Origin: Vitrella brassicaformis CCMP3155
Lineage: Eukaryota > Protista > Chromerida
NCBI GenBank assembly: GCA_001179505.1
Contig: CDMY01000603.1
Location: forward strand, 252,749 to 316,748
Reading direction: 5' to 3'
Length of the DNA stretch: 64,000 nt
The position numbers were made by a program, and so were the translations under genes. This document shows, piece after piece, positions 22,239 to 37,100 of this stretch (positions are counted from its first letter, which is position 1; the number at the start of each line of letters is the position of its first letter). The notes beneath the pieces are model-generated. The model was not told the origin of the DNA. It worked only from the letters and a program-made list of their open reading frames with translations, and did not search any database.

Positions 22239-25136
22239 TCATGGCCTCGTTGTCTTCTTGACGGCTTCGGCCACCTTGCTCCTGACCATCCTGAGGTTGG
22301 CAGGCTTGACACGCTGGTCGGGCAGCAGCTTGTCTGTCCCCTTGCTGGTGGCTTCCTGCCACCGGCGCAGAACCACCCCCAAAGACAAGATGGACTGACC
22401 CCTGAGATATGACACACATACACCAGGGAGGTGACTGGCGCCGCTTCTGCACGCGTGTGTGTGTCGGTGGTTATCTGCTCACTTGGACTCTTCGGGCAGG
22501 CGATACTCATCAGGACACATGAGGCGGACCCACGCCTGGCCGACAGAACCATGGTATGTACGGGTGAGTACGTCAGTCAGTGTCTCTCTCAATGGAATGT
22601 GACTAAGTAAGTCCTTCACCTGCTTGTCGAGATATCGTCTCAGAATGTTGTGCTGCAGCCGGCTCCGCAGTATCTCACCCATCGTGGGCTTCAATGGAAT
22701 GGAAAGAACGAAAAGTGCGAGAGACGTCAATGAAGCCTCTCTCCCCCCCGGCTCACCTTGTCTCTCTGCGATGCCTGCTGCTGTGTCTCCTCCGCAACGC
22801 TTTGCACATCCGCCATGAGCCTGTCGGCCTCGTGCTTGGTCGGCCGGGGGTCGGGCGGTCTCCTGCCGCCATTCTTCTCAGCCTCTGCGGCGGCAACCTG
22901 GTCGGTGTAGGTGCTGCTGATGTCCTCCCTCCTCTCCCACTCCAATGAACGGGCGAGCCGGGAGTGCAAGAAGATGTCGATCAGGAGATCCTGTGCGGCC
23001 CACACACACACACACGCACACACGCACACACAGAGAGAGAGAGAGGCAGAGATTCGTTGTGGGTGGATGGGCATCAGCCAGCTGGCGTACTACCTGCCAG
23101 TAGAGGCGCCCGATAGTCTGGTATTTCCTCGGCCCCGCCCATTCGCCATTTGGTGACTTTGTGACTTGGTAGCAGGGCGGGCAGCACCTGCACCGGGCGA
23201 TGTGCTCGTTCTGCCGCAGCCACGTCTCATAGTAGGTGTAGTCATAGCGCATTGGCGCCTCAGACCGCTGCGGCTCGCCGTAACGCACTGACCACCTTAG
23301 TCCCTTCTGATGATCACCCATTTCATCAACAAGCCCCTCGTGGTGGTGGTGGTGGTGGTCCTGCTGCTGCTGTGGCTGTGGCTGTTGTGCCTTTGCGGAC
23401 TTCAGGCGAGACCAGCGTTGGTCGGTTTGCCGTTGCATGAAGAGACACGCTGTGTGTGGGCGGGAAGGTGCGGATGTCTGCTGGATTGCGAGTGGTGCCG
23501 GAGTGGTGCGTCTGGGTGAGGGGAGGGAGGGGGGGAACAGAGGCTCGTGGCTCTCGTCGTCTTGGAAGAGCGTCGTGTTGCCGGTGGTCAACCTGAGGGA
23601 CTCGCGCGGTTCTCCTGCATAGTACTGCCAATACCTCATGCGCCGCTTCAATCGCTGGTCCAGCGTGCCCTGCAGCACAGCACAGCATAGCACAGCACAG
23701 CACACACCTGTCTGTCGTCTCATGGTCTGATGCATACCAGAAACCCACCCACCCACCCACCATCACGTCACGTCTGCAGCCTACCTTTCTTATCCTTCGG
23801 CTCGTCTTGTCCGCCCTCATCCTCTCCCTCGTCAGCCTCGACGCCTCCCGCCTCTTCACTCTCTCCTTCAACGCCTCCTCGCGAATGATCCGCTCCATCG
23901 CTGCGTCATCCACATGAGCCTGCTGCTGCTGGTGCTCTCTGTCGCTGTCTCCCGAAGAAGAGCGATCGTCTTCATCATCATCAGTGGTAGAGGGGCTGGT
24001 TGAGCTGACGGGCATGAGAAAGGTGTGGGCGTAGTGGCGCCGCGGGTGGGTGAACTTGTCGAAGTGCGCCAGGTGCTCGAGTGAGTGGAGGGGCGGGGGA
24101 GCGATGGGCCGTGGTTGTGGCTTCTGCGGCGGTGGCTGGGACACTGCAGCCGTTTCTTCGCCTTTCTCTCGCGTGCGGCCGGTGGGCATGGCTGCACACG
24201 TGGGCTTGACGGCTGATGGATGGCCGCAGCAGGGGGACGAAGAGAAGACGCGTGGGTGCAAGTATCCATCCATCCATCCATTCCTTACTTCCTTACCTTC
24301 TTTCTGTGTCTCGTCGTCAATATCATCCATTTTGCCCGTTTGTACTGTATGCGGCCCGACCACCTTCCCCCTGAACGCTCGTCTCGGCGCCGCCGCAGAC
24401 TTCTTCGCAACACCGCCACTGATAACCTTCACCGCTTCCTTGTCCTTTGCGGCCGCCACTGGCTGCTTGCCCTTCATGGTCTTGCCTTTGTCTGTTTTCC
24501 TCTCTGTGGTCGGTGCCTTTGCGTCCGCCTGGTCCTCTTGGCGATCGATGGCTTGTCTCATGAGCAGCTGACGGAGGTGAGAGTTCTTGCGCGTTAGCAT
24601 CTGGGGGAGTGAGAGGGACGGATGCACACATCTATCTTGTCAGCCAGAATCGCATTGCTCTGGTGTGTTGTCACCCACCCACCGGTTTGTGTCTCGGGCT
24701 TTGGGGAGGTGAGGGGTGGTGTACTGGGCATGTTGAGGAGGCCCGGCCGGTGGGAAGACTGGCACTCGGACGGAGAAAGAAATCGATCACGTCCTCCCCT
24801 GCACACAGACAGATGTCAGTCGTGCACACTGCACTGGTGTATGGATGTCTCGTGCTGCTTCCATTGCCGACGTACCGGTGATGAGCCCGTCCTGGTCGGT
24901 GTCGATGAGGTGGAAGAGGTGAAGGTAAAAGCGTCGCAGCGAGTCGGGGAGGTTTTTCCGCTGCTGGATCTTCTTGCGTATTGTGGTCCATGCGCTGTTG
25001 GCCTGCGCCTGCCGCACCCAGTGGAGCATCTCGTCTATCTCTTTCTTCGTCGCACCTGGATGCATCCACAGACAACACAGCACAGCACACAATAGTGTGT
25101 GGGTGTGCGTGGGTGTGAGTGAGTGGGAAACAGCCT

Positions 25137-25175
<39 letters not shown>

Positions 25176-28100
25176 ACTTGGGCATAGACAGCGGAGGTAG
25201 GATGAGAAGGTGAATCTGTTGTCCTGCAGCTCCTCTGCAAGTGCATCTGACGCAAAGATGAACGCCACTTGATCGGAATCAACACGCCGACCGATGTCCT
25301 GCAAGAAAGAAAGGCAAATCCGATATATCGATGGCCATCCGGCAAGCATTGCAATCATGGCATACAGAGTGCCCGCCCACAGGACTAACTCACCCCTGGC
25401 CGTCTGCCCCTGGTTTCGTGTGTGGCCAGTGCTCGGACAAGCTCGTCCATCCCAATGACGCCGTCCTTGTCGACATCCATGGCGCAGAAGCACTCGTACG
25501 CATAAAGGGTGTCCACCCTGCTCAGACGCATCTTACCCCCTCCACCGCTCTTGCGCATCTCACAGGGGTGCGAGGGAGGAAGGAAGGGAGACACACACGC
25601 ACACACACGAGCACACGCCATCCGCACCAATAAATACCTCGATCGGCCCTGCCTGGTACACACACATACTGTCTGTCGTTTCTTGGAGGGTGCTGACGCG
25701 GCCTTCTTCGGCTGAGGTCGCTTGGCCAGAGGGTCGGCCCCGAGGTAGGTCCCGCACTTGGTGAAGACGCCGAACCGATGGTAGGTGCTGGGCGCTGATC
25801 ACCAACAGACAGACAGACACCGACACTTCAGACATTCAATCTCCTATGGCTGGCTGCCCGGCGTGCCGTGCTTACGTACGTCGCTCGAATTGCCCCGCTG
25901 CGGGATCGACCCCGAGTGCGTGGACGTGCCTCTTGAGGTAGCGCTGCAAGTTGTCAAACCAGGGGCGATCAGTCGCAGCCTCAAGAGCCCTCGACACGTC
26001 CTGAGGCAGACAGACAGAGAAGGAGAGGGAGAGGGAGAGAGCCCCCAAAGTCACCATGCATGGTACGTATACACTTGCATGTAGGATGGACCACCCCACC
26101 CGGAGCGATGACGAACACCGCCTTCTCTCTGCCCCTCCCTCTTGCTGCTGCTGCTGCCCCTGGTCGTCTGCATCGTATGTCTTCCTTGCCACATGGCCAA
26201 TGAGGTCACTCGATCGCGGCGACAGCGATGCCGTCGCAACGGACTCGGCCTTTGTCTCCTCTCCAGCACTAATCTCATGTTCGTCGACCTTCACCCTGAG
26301 CTTCCTTTTCCTATGCGGAGCGGCGCCTTCTGACGGGTGTGGCGCTGTAGACGGCCGCTGTGATGGCGGGAGGGGGAGAGAGGGTGACGGTGAGGGGCTG
26401 CTGGGGGCACAGGAAGCTGACGACTGCACACACAGACGAGAGAGGGATACATGTGTGCATCAATGGGTGTGCTGTGTTGTTTGTGCTTTATCGGTTTCCC
26501 ACCCCGGAGTAGGTCATCGAGAGGCTTGACTCCGACAGGAGTCTCATCCCATGTGGCGAAGGGGCCATGGTGGTTGCCGTCACAGGACGGCTCACCCACG
26601 CACCGCCCACATCGAAATCCACACCCACGCTGGAGCTCGATGACGACGGACGCGACTGTGTCTGTGTCTGCGTCTCCTTCTTGCCCGCGGTGCTGGTGCG
26701 CGGCGTCCAGGACTTCAATCTCAGATACACACTCTGAGCGTCCCTCATTCTGCTCGCCTCTTCCTCGTTGCTGCCTTCGTCCTGCACGCCTCTCGACAGC
26801 GCCTCAGGGACGGATGTGAGGAACAAGGACGGCTGGCGGCTCTGTTGCTGGTCCTGTGGATCGTCCTGCTCCCGCTGCTCGCCATGTATGCCGAGGACGC
26901 TCACCGGCCGCACAGATCTGTCCGACCGCCTCTGGCGGTGTTGGAAGAGCTGAAGGGGGTCCCCCTCACGGCCCGTTGGGGTGGCCGGGACACTTCGGCA
27001 TGTGGGTCCTGCTGCTGTCCGTGGGGGAAGGGGTGAGTGGAGTGCCACCATGGCGGGTGCATGTGGCTTATGTCTCATCAGTGAAGGGTCTTGCAGGAGG
27101 GCCGGCCAGTGCCGCAGCAGGACGTACTGGTCGTGCCTCGGCGTCATGGGACAGTGGACCTGCAAAGGACGGACTGTGTGTAGATATCGATTCTTTGTGA
27201 TTCTACTGACGTACCTTGAGAAAAGCCCGGATGTCGGGATCATCCTCCGCCCATGTCTCAAAATCCCCCAGCGACACCGTGCCGCCTGCAAGTGGGCGAA
27301 GCAAGCATCCTCCTGTGGCCTTTGTCGTGTTTCCCGACATCTCACCATGTGTCCTGGAGCTGAGCATGGCGTTAAAGGCATCGCTGGCACACAGTTGAGC
27401 CTCCCATGGTGACGGCTGCGGCACCCCACAGTACCGACTCACACCTGATTGTGTGTGCATGACGACCAGGAGGTTGCTTACATCCATCCCACCTTATGTG
27501 TCCACTTTTCAGCTCACCTCTGAGGCAGCACTGTATGAGGCACTGTATCTCTTCAAAGGTCAGCTCGCCGCTTGTCGGCCACAGCCCCTCCCCCCCTTGT
27601 CCGTGCTCATCTTCGCCCTCCGCCCTTTTCGCCGCGTCGAAGAAGTCAAAGAGGAGCCGGAACTTGGCCTTGCGATGGGTCTTCGATAGCAAACACGACG
27701 TTAGAAAGACCTGTCATCACACACACCACAGAAAAACTTGAATGCCCTAACGAGGTTCGGCTTGATGCGTTGTCTTGCTCATGGCGCGCCCACCTCCCAC
27801 GTGTCGACCATGTTTGGCTCTCTGTGTGGGGAAGACTGGGGCGCGTCTCGGGGAGAGGTCTGCAGTGATCTGGGTGAGGCGCCGCTGCCCCTTCTGCCAT
27901 CGGGAGTGGCGAATAAAGAGAACAGTGGCCGCCACTCACTCCCAGCTGCCTTTCGTGGCGACACACTACTGTCATGTTTGCCACTGCTGCCGGGGCGGAG
28001 GGCGAGATTGAGGACCTGCTGGAAGAGCCGAAGGTTGCAGTATCGCATATGGCAGAGCTGAATCAGTGCCAAGCTGAAGGAGCAGATGGCATCGAGTGCC

Positions 28101-28189
28101 AGGTTGGTGATGGGGGACGTTGCGGGCGTCGGCTCGCGGGGCTGCAGCACCTGCGGGCCTAGGGGGAAGGCGCTGCCACTGTTGCCCAT
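22239..28189 (-). CDS. large EF-hand calcium-binding protein with N-myristoylation-type start (could be two genes)
   Basis: Start MGNSGS at 28189. EF-hand-like loops FRLLFDFFD...GELTFEEI, FCAMDVDKDGVIGMDEL and LFHLIDTDQDGLITG. Many GT-AG exons; last exon ...AVKKTTRP* at 22239. Confidence 0.6.
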
Positions 28190-28533
28190 TGCAAGAACTC
28201 CTTTGAGGCGTGTTTGAGGCAAGTTCTCCCTTCGGTTCTCTCACTTGGCCCCAGAGGGCGGCCCCCGCATGAGGAGCCATCATTCGGTGTTGCCGTATGC
28301 AAGCAAAAGCATGGGAGTTCGAGCAGTCACCACGGACGGTCAAAAGTGCAGAAGACGGCCTACGATAGACAGACAACCGCATGCAGACGACTCTGGTCCG
28401 GCCAGCCAGCCGGCCACGCAGTGAGTGAGGGAGCGAATCAAAAGCGAGAGGTCCGCTGGAAGGCGTGGGGTGACTCGGACCTGCAGGACATGCATGAAGG
28501 CCACAACAAACAAACAATGACACACGTCATCCA

Positions 28534-30636
28534 TCAACAGGATCTGAAAGAGGTCACACCGTGGGTTGTCTCTTGCCTGAGGTTTGACTTCTGAAGGACG
28601 ACCGAGGGCATTGGATTGGCATAGTCCTGCAAATGAGGCGACCTAACACACACACACACACACACATACACACACGTACACACACATAAGGCCAGGCCTT
28701 CAAGCCATCCCATTGTCATTTAGTGCCGGCATGGAGTGCACTGGCTGACCTCCATGGTGGCGGGACGTCGCCGGCGGCCTCTTCACCCTCAACCACGCCC
28801 CTCTTCCGCACTTGGACGGGCGGCGCAGGCGACTCCATGTACGCGGGGTACTTGGACAGCGTCGCAAGCTTTCCCTGCCATACCATACACACACACATGT
28901 ACATGTGTGTACGTGTTGTGCCTGGGCGGGGCGGAGTGTGTCTGCACTGCACTGCATAGCTACGAACCCTTTTGGAGGGGTTGACGGGAATGAAGGGGCG
29001 GTCGTGCTTGATGGTGAAGGGGTAATGCGGCTCGGTGTACGGGCGCTGACACAGACAGAGGGATACAGAGAGAGAGGGGTAGAGACCAACAAGCGAAGAA
29101 AGAAGGTCTTGGATGTTTCTGCGTGTGCGTGTGCGATGGAAGAGAGAGAGAGGGAGAGTGCTGTGCTGTGTCTTGATTACCTACCGGTATGCCACAGGGC
29201 TCATCGTGCCGGTATAGATCGCTATTCTTGGTGAAGTTGACGCCAGCTGCACACACAGACAAGGGAGGGAGGGCAGAGGCGCGTAAATAAGACTGCACAG
29301 GCTGCGTGCATTCTATACATATATTGCATCCTCACTCACTTGCACACATGGACTTGAAGGGCGGTATGTCCTTGGTCTTCTCTTTCTGCGCCTTGAGCTC
29401 CGCAAGCCTGCAAATCCAATTAATTCGGACACAGACAGACAGATGCAGAGAGACGCCTGATGGCGTCTGATGTACATCCTTGCCTTCCTACCGTTGCCAT
29501 CGCCTTGTCTCATAGTCTTCTGGGACGTGCTCGGGCAACTTGGAAAACAGCACACCGGGCACAAGGGTCCCGCCACCGCCCTTCTTGGCTGGACTGGTGA
29601 ACACACCTCGGGGAACTGACGGTACGGCAAGGGTATAGGGCAAGATGGCATGACGACGGCAAATGGGTAGTTTGTTGTTGCGGGCGTCAGTCACCATTTG
29701 CCCCCCTGCCCACCGGTGTATTCCTTGTATTTTGCGTAGAGGTCTTTGGGGTCCGGGGCTGTCGACCCTTGATAAACATACGGGAAGTCCAGCTTGTTCA
29801 AGCTGAAGCAAACAGGCAAAGAGGCAAAGAGGCAATACGTCCGTCATGATGGGCCTCTCATGTCACGTCACTCACCTGCGCCTAATGTTGCCTCCAGGCT
29901 TGAACCTGTGGTCGGGGTCTATCGGCGTCAGCCTTCGTCTGCACCCCAACCCCAACCCCACCCCCATGCCCACAGATGAAGTCAAGGTAGGTCTGATGCC
30001 GATGGCTCTTCCAGCCGAGCCATATGCCTGCCTACCGTGCTTGTCTCTTGAGCGGGTCGACATAGGGGTCTCCCACGGCGAGTGGCGTGATGACGGAGAA
30101 AAAGGCGTCCTTGGTGTTGCCCTTCTTGCCCTTCCCCACTAGGAAGCCCTTGAGCGCCGGCTGCTCCTCCTCTCCAGTGCCCTCGCGTCTCGCCTCTGCC
30201 AGCCAGAGATGAAGCGACGACAGGATTGCACTTCGCGTGTGTGTTCTTTGCTGGCTGGCTGGCTGACTTCTGACGACTTGTCTTGGGGCATAGGAGTCGT
30301 CGCCACAGCAGTTGGGGGCCTGAAGGACGGGACGGGCAGAGAGAGGGAGGCGCATTATTCTCTTTCTCATGCGCTTTGATGACTGGCTGGCTGACCGTGT
30401 AGGAGAAGTAGCCGTGTCTTGGCCTGCGTGTGCATCATGCGTCAATCAAAGAGGGAGGCAGGCAAAGACGATGCCCCCTCCCCGTTTGCGTGGGTTTGTG
30501 GGATTGTCTGATTGTGTGATTGTGTGTTTGTGTCTGGCGGCCTTGCTTACACCATGGATGTGGTGTACACATCTTCGATGTGTTTCTGCATCTTGGCGGC
30601 ATTCTTGGCCTGCCGCTCCTCAGGGGACGACGGCAT
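28534..30636 (-). CDS. CFAP96: C4orf47/CFAP96-like (UPF0602) cilia-associated protein
   Basis: GKGKKGNTKDAFFSVITPLAVGDPYVDP, VFTSPAKKGGGG, TLSKYPAYMESP and C-terminal PMPSVVLQKSNLRQE resemble the C4orf47 family blocks (GDxYV, YTNPGKKG, FxxYP, PxxSI). Confidence 0.6.
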
Positions 30637-31164
30637 GATGGACAAATGGATGGATGGATGGCTTCCTCACCAAAGGGAAGAATCTGTAGACAAGCACACG
30701 GCAGTCCGGCCCGCATTATCTTTCCAACCTGCTCGTGGCCTCCTCTCCCCTCTCGTGCCGTCGTTACCTCAGGGCAGCCTCTCGGTTTCACCCTCTTCTG
30801 CCGGGCCTCTTCCTGTCGAGACCTTGGGATGGGTTGAGGGGCGAAGGGAAAAAGCACGTGGATGAGTCTGCGACAAGAGGCTCCAAGCCTTCAGGGCCCT
30901 GGAGTGCTGGATTTTCCCGTTCCTTCTGCGCTCGCCCCCTAGACTCTGATAATAAGCTCGCAAAATGCGGATCGCATTCGCGCTGAGGGAATCGAACATT
31001 CCGGTGGCGTGCTCAGTCTCCTGTCGATGTCCTGAGCCCGTCTGATCCATCCTGGCTGCGTCCAGATTGAGATTTCGACGTAGCCCTGCCGCCCAACCAA
31101 CCTTGAGTAGTGGTTGGCGCCCATCTGTGTGCTCGGCCCTGCGTGCGTGGCCTAGAGGGTGACG

Positions 31165-34100
31165 ATGGCAGCCGAGCCCGAGAAGTCGCTGCGTGTGTCT
31201 GACGCCAAGGGGTACCTGGCGCGGGTCAAGGAAATCTTTGAGCGCGACAAGGATGAGGTGCGCTACGGCAAGTTCCTGGAAATCATGAAGGACTTCAAAG
31301 AGCACAGGTGAGTCAGTGGGGCGAGTGAAATGAGATGAGATGCGCACCAAACACTGCACTCACTTGACACGTCCGTCTCTCACGCCCCGACCCATCGCCA
31401 CACGTGCTTGTGTGCGTTGTGTGTGTGTGAATGCGTGATGCTTGTGGCAGGATTGACACCACCGGTGTGATTCTGCGTGTGTCGGATCTCTTCAAGGGGC
31501 AGGACGACCTCATCAGCGAGTTTAATCGCTTCCTCCCAAAGGAGCTGCAGACGGCCATCAACAAAGCCAAGGAGCAGAACGCTGCATCAGCATCAGCATC
31601 AGCATCGGCATCGTCCGTCCCGCCCGCTGCTGCAGCTGCTGCGGCCGCGGCGGCCGCGTCATCGGCGTCTGGAGCACCTGACGCGCAGGCGCGTCAGCAG
31701 GAGTTCCTGCGGCAGATGGAGGAGGAGGGTCAGGCCGCCAGCAGCGGCACCGGTGGCCTGGCGGGGAAGATTGTGCAGCGGAAGGTGAGTCAGTTGTCAT
31801 GTCATGTGGGCGAAGCAGACACGCATCCATCGATCGAATCAATCGCATTGACCTGACTGACTCATTAATTGTGTGGCTACCTGGCCTGGCTGGGGGTAGG
31901 TTGGAGCGTCGCGTGAGGGGGCATCGGATCAGCAGCAGAGAGGGGCGGCCAAGGGCGCTGGGGTGAGGGAAGGAGCAATGCACACGCAAGATGCTGATTG
32001 TCATGCGGCCACATGGATAAGTCCATCTATCTGCGTGTGCATGTGTGTCATGTGTGTGTCTTCAGGAGCCTCGTGAGGTGGATTATGACCATGCCATCGA
32101 CTATGTGAAGCGCGTCAAGGTCGTCAGCCAGCCACGGACAGCCGAGCTGGGTATGTATGTATGTGGGTGGGGTATGCGCCTATTTTTGTGTAGGTGGTTG
32201 CCCCTGAGGTGTATGACCGTTTCATCTACATCCTGCAAACCTACCAGCTGCAGCAGAAGTCCATCAGGGAGGTCTACACAGGTGGGTGGGTGGGTGGGTG
32301 GGGATGCCAAGAGGAATGGGTGGAGGGATGGACGGCTGATTGACTGATTGAGTGATCCATGATTGATCTCTATCTCTTAGAGGTGCGGAACTTGATGCGC
32401 CCCCACCCCCGGATGCTCGGAGAGTTCTGCCAGTTCCTGCCTGACTTCCAGGCGGTACGCACGCACACACCATGCCGTGGACACACAGCAGCAATGTCTG
32501 TCCATCCCATCCACGCGTCCTGTCACGCTTACCAGGTGCACAAGGAGGTGACAGCGCGCGAGGCGGAGCTGCGTGCCCAGGGCCACACGGCGTACAATCC
32601 CATGCTGCCCATGATGAGCGGAAAGGACGACGAAGACGCTATCAAAGGTCAGTCGGTCTGGGTGGACGGACGGACGACGCCTGTTGCGTTCGTTGCATTC
32701 AATGGCCCATGACATGTGTGTCAGGCCCGCCGATGACGCTCCCTTCAGTGGATGAGGAGGATGAAATGATGGGGGACCAGCCGCAGAGGAAGTCGTCAAG
32801 GGACAGACACAGACCGCCACCACTCAAGATCGGAGCCAAAAAGGTCAGTGAGTGAGGATGCACTCATGCGCACATGAATGGATGGATGGATGGCATCCGT
32901 GTCCATGTGTGTGTGTGTGTTCTCCGCAGGGTGGCGATGAGTTGGCGACTCCGTCAGAGATGGAACTGTCCATGGCACTCAAGGGCAGGCGGCTCATGGC
33001 CAAGAGGCAAGCACTCGAGTGCGTGCGTGCGTGAGCAGACCAGACAGACGATGGCAGGAACCAACAGGCCCAGGCCAACACCCACCCCCTTTCGTATGCG
33101 CCCCTTGAATGCGCGTGTGTGTGTGCAGTGGTGCTGTGCGTGATTTCGACGGGTATGACGCCGATGAGGAGGAGCAGGAGGAGTCCGAGGAGCGCATGGA
33201 GGTCGAACACAAAGCCATCGACATCAACGCATGTGGGTATCCACGCCACGCCCCGCCACACAAGCGTTCACAAGCATCTGTGTGTGTCTGTGTCTGTGTG
33301 TCGTTTGCTGTGTGCAGGTCTGTCTATGTCCCGGGGCGAGCGGCTGTTTTGGGAGGCTCTCAAGAACTGCATGGACGAGTGAGATGAGCACGCAACGCAC
33401 AGATCAGATGCCTGAGTGCATCCATGCCATGCCATGGCGGGCCCTCCTCTGTCGTGCAGGCACCGCTACGCCTGTCTGGCCAAGCTGGTGAAGCTCTACG
33501 TCGTGGGCATCATCAGCGCACGCGAAATGCTCGACGTCTGCAAGAAGGTCATCGACTTCTCCGTTCTGTAAGCCAACACTTCCCCAATCTCACTCACACC
33601 ACACCCACATCGCCCCGCATAAGCGTGTGCGTGATTGTGTATGTCATGTCAGTGGCTCGGATGTGTACCAGCATTTCCGGAAGATGATCGTGACTCGCGA
33701 GTCTGCGCGGCGGCGGCACTCGTACTTCTGCCTGTCGGTGTCCCAGATCGACACCAGTGCGGCCGCCAAGAGCGGCGACAGCTACAGGCTGCTGCCCAAG
33801 GACTTCCCCCAGATGGTACATACGCATCGCATCCCCGCCCCGCGTGTGTGTGATGGATGCGTGTGGATGGGATCGCGTATGTGGTGTGTGTGAGTGGTGT
33901 GTGCAGTACTGCAGCGGTCGTGATGCGCTGTGCAAGACGGTGCTGCAGGATTCGTGGATATCAATCCCACAGGTGAATTAATTCTCACATACATGACATG
34001 ACGTCCACGCGCGAGGGAGATGAGATCCACAAGACGCATTCCTTCCTTCGTGCGCGTCGCGTCATTTTCAACACTCTCGCTTGCAGGGTTCGGAGGACTT

Positions 34101-37100
34101 CTCCTTCCGCCACATGCGGCGCAATGAGTACGAGGAGCAGATGTTCAAGACTGAGGACGAGCGCTTTGAGCTGGACATGATCATCGAACCAAACCAGTCA
34201 AGTCAGTCAGCCACCCAACACATGCAACCGATGGGTGGACGGATGGATGGATGGATGTGTCCATGGTTCCTCTGTGTGTGTGTGCCTGTCTGTCTGTCTG
34301 TCTGTCTGTTCAGCGATCAAGGTGTTGGAGCCGATCGCAGAGGAGCTCAGGCAGATGCCCCTCGCCGACCGCGACATGTACAAGCTGGAGAGAAACCCCT
34401 TCAACGACACGCACCTCAACGCCATCCGCCGCATCTACGGCGACCACGGTGTGGAGATCCTGCAGCTGCTGCGGCGCAACCCCAAGGGGACGGTGCCGGT
34501 CATCCTCAGCCGTCTTCGGCAGAAGCAGGAGGAGTGGACCGGCGCGAGGGCCAGGATGAACGAGGGCCAGTGGCGGGACGTCATGAAGAATAACTACTTC
34601 AAGAGCTTTGACCATAGATCTTTCTACTTTAGGCAACAGGTACGTAGGGAGGTACCTACCTCTGTCTGGGTGGCTGTCTGTCTGTCTGTCTGTCTTTCTG
34701 AGGCGTGGGAGTATGCGTGTCTCTCTGGTGTGCTTCGGTCTGTTCCTTTCGTTTAGGACAAGCGTCACACGAACGTCAAGGCGTTTCTGGCTGACGTACG
34801 GAAGCGGTATGCGCAGATCAGAGGCGCACCAACCGCCGAGGGAGACGAGGAGGAGGAAGGTGGGTAGACACGAACGAAACCCAACACAGACAGTATCACT
34901 CACGGTAGGTGTGATGGATGCGAATGCTCGATGGGCTGTGCCCACAGGTCACCATGGCGTGCCGATCGTCAAGAAGCACAAGGAGGATGAAGACGAAGAG
35001 GCGGAGGAGAACGGTACCTACGGACGCATTCACACCACATCACACCACATGTGTGTTGTGTTGCTGCAATCAATCAATGGTCGATGTCTGTCTGTGTCTG
35101 TGTCTGTGTGCGACCAGAGGAGATCGACCAGGCCATATCGATGACCTTCTCCCCCAAGAGCGAGATGAAGAAGAGGCGCGACTCCCTCACACACCTGCCA
35201 CTCACTGAGGTAGGTACACGCCTGCCTGTCTTGAGTGAAGTGAAGCACATACCTTTTCAAGGACGGACGATCGTGGCCATCGGTAAATGTGGCCGTGCGT
35301 GGGTCCCCGTCGGCTTGTTTGTTTGTTTGTGTGCAGGCTGACGAGCAGCAGGCCACACAGGCCAAGGAAACTGAGGTGGGCGGGGCGGGCGACAGACAAT
35401 TCCTCTGTGTAGTGAGTGGATGGTCGGACTGACTCATGTTGTGTCTATCTATTGTCTGTCTCAGTATCCGCCAGAGTTCACCTTCAACATGCCCATAATG
35501 CAGCTGCACGAGGACGTGCTGGACATGATGCTGTACGTCGCGGAGAAACAGTCATACAGCACCACTGGAATGAAGGTCCGTGCACGCCGGTGCCTGCCTG
35601 TGAAATGTGGGTGCATTGGACACTGCACACGCTCACCCCCCCCACTCTCTATATTCTGCCAGATACGGTATTACCTCAACTCCGTTGTGCGCGACTTCAT
35701 CCTGCCTGACAGAGGGGTACAGCACCCACCCACACAGACAGACAGACACCCACTGCTTCAAGCGCACGCATCGATTACCTACCGTTTGTCTGTCTGTGTC
35801 TGTCTGTGCCCCCCAGCTGCAACCAGATCAGATGAGGTCCCGCCGCGGCGCCCCCCCAGTGGGAACCCGCTTCAAGGTCCCCAAATACGAGAGGAGGGAC
35901 CGAGACGAAGACGAGTCCATGCAGCCCTCTCAACAATCGCAGCAGGGTCAGTCAGTGGACCTGACGACCCCTCCCCTTACCAAACACGTATGTATGTCGT
36001 CCATCTGTGTGTGTGTGTGTGTGTGTGATATCCTTCAGGCGAGAGCCAGGCCGGTGGTGGGACGTTCCCCGGCCCGTCGCCCGCTGTGCGTGTGACCCCG
36101 CCGGAGGGTGGTGCTGCGGCGCCAGTGGCAGCACGAGCAGCAGCAGCAGCAGCTGCTGCTGCAGCTGCAGCCTCTGCCGGTGGTGGTGGGAGGAGGGGTG
36201 ACGAGGTGGAGGTCGTCATCAGCAACAATGACGAGGTCAGCACGGAGGATGGCTGGGGCATGGCATGGCATGGACGGATACTGACTCATAGTGTGATGCG
36301 TTGTTGTGTACGCTGTGTGGTCGGATGGATGGATGGATGTGGTGCAGCCGACTCCTGGGCCTGGCCCTGCGCCCAAGAGGCCACCACAGCAGCAAATACA
36401 GGTCGATTCCTGCCTCTGCGTGGATACGCCCACACACACAGGTGTTTATCATACCTGCCTGCCTGTGTCTGTGGTGTGGTCTTTCTCTCTCTCAGCCCGC
36501 TCCCTCCGCCGCTCTCCAGGCTCCTCCAGCAGATGGGTACGTAAGCATCGCATCTGCATCGTGGAAACAGCGAGCGACATGTTGTTTCTCTGTCTGTTGT
36601 GCATGCATATGTTTCAGTTTGCGGACTCAGACGCGGTCGGACGGCTCGGTGCCCACACCGCCAGAAGAGAAAGAGGTACACACGTGGGCTGGGTGGGAGG
36701 GTGGGAGGGAGGGGTAGGTATCCCTGCGATGGATGCATCCTGTTTACTTTGTGTGTGTGTGTGTGTGTGTGTGGGCGTGTCGGTCAGGTGGCCCCGAAGC
36801 TGGTACCGCTGGACAGCAGGTACGGCCTGAAGCACCTGTGGGGATACCAGAGCCACACCAAACCCACACGCGCATTCGGTCAGCACCCTCCCCCCCTAAT
36901 GAGCCCTTCACCTATGTGTCCATCCATCCATCCATCCGTCTGCTCTCTCTCGTCGCGTGCGTGCAGCCCCGCCACCTCCCTCCGGCGCGCCCCCATCCAG
37001 CGCCGTCAGCGGGCCCTTCAAGCTGCATCGGGAAGACAATGGCGGACAACTGCCTGCTGCTGCTGGTGCTGCGTCCTCGGCGTCTAGTGGCGGTGGTGGT

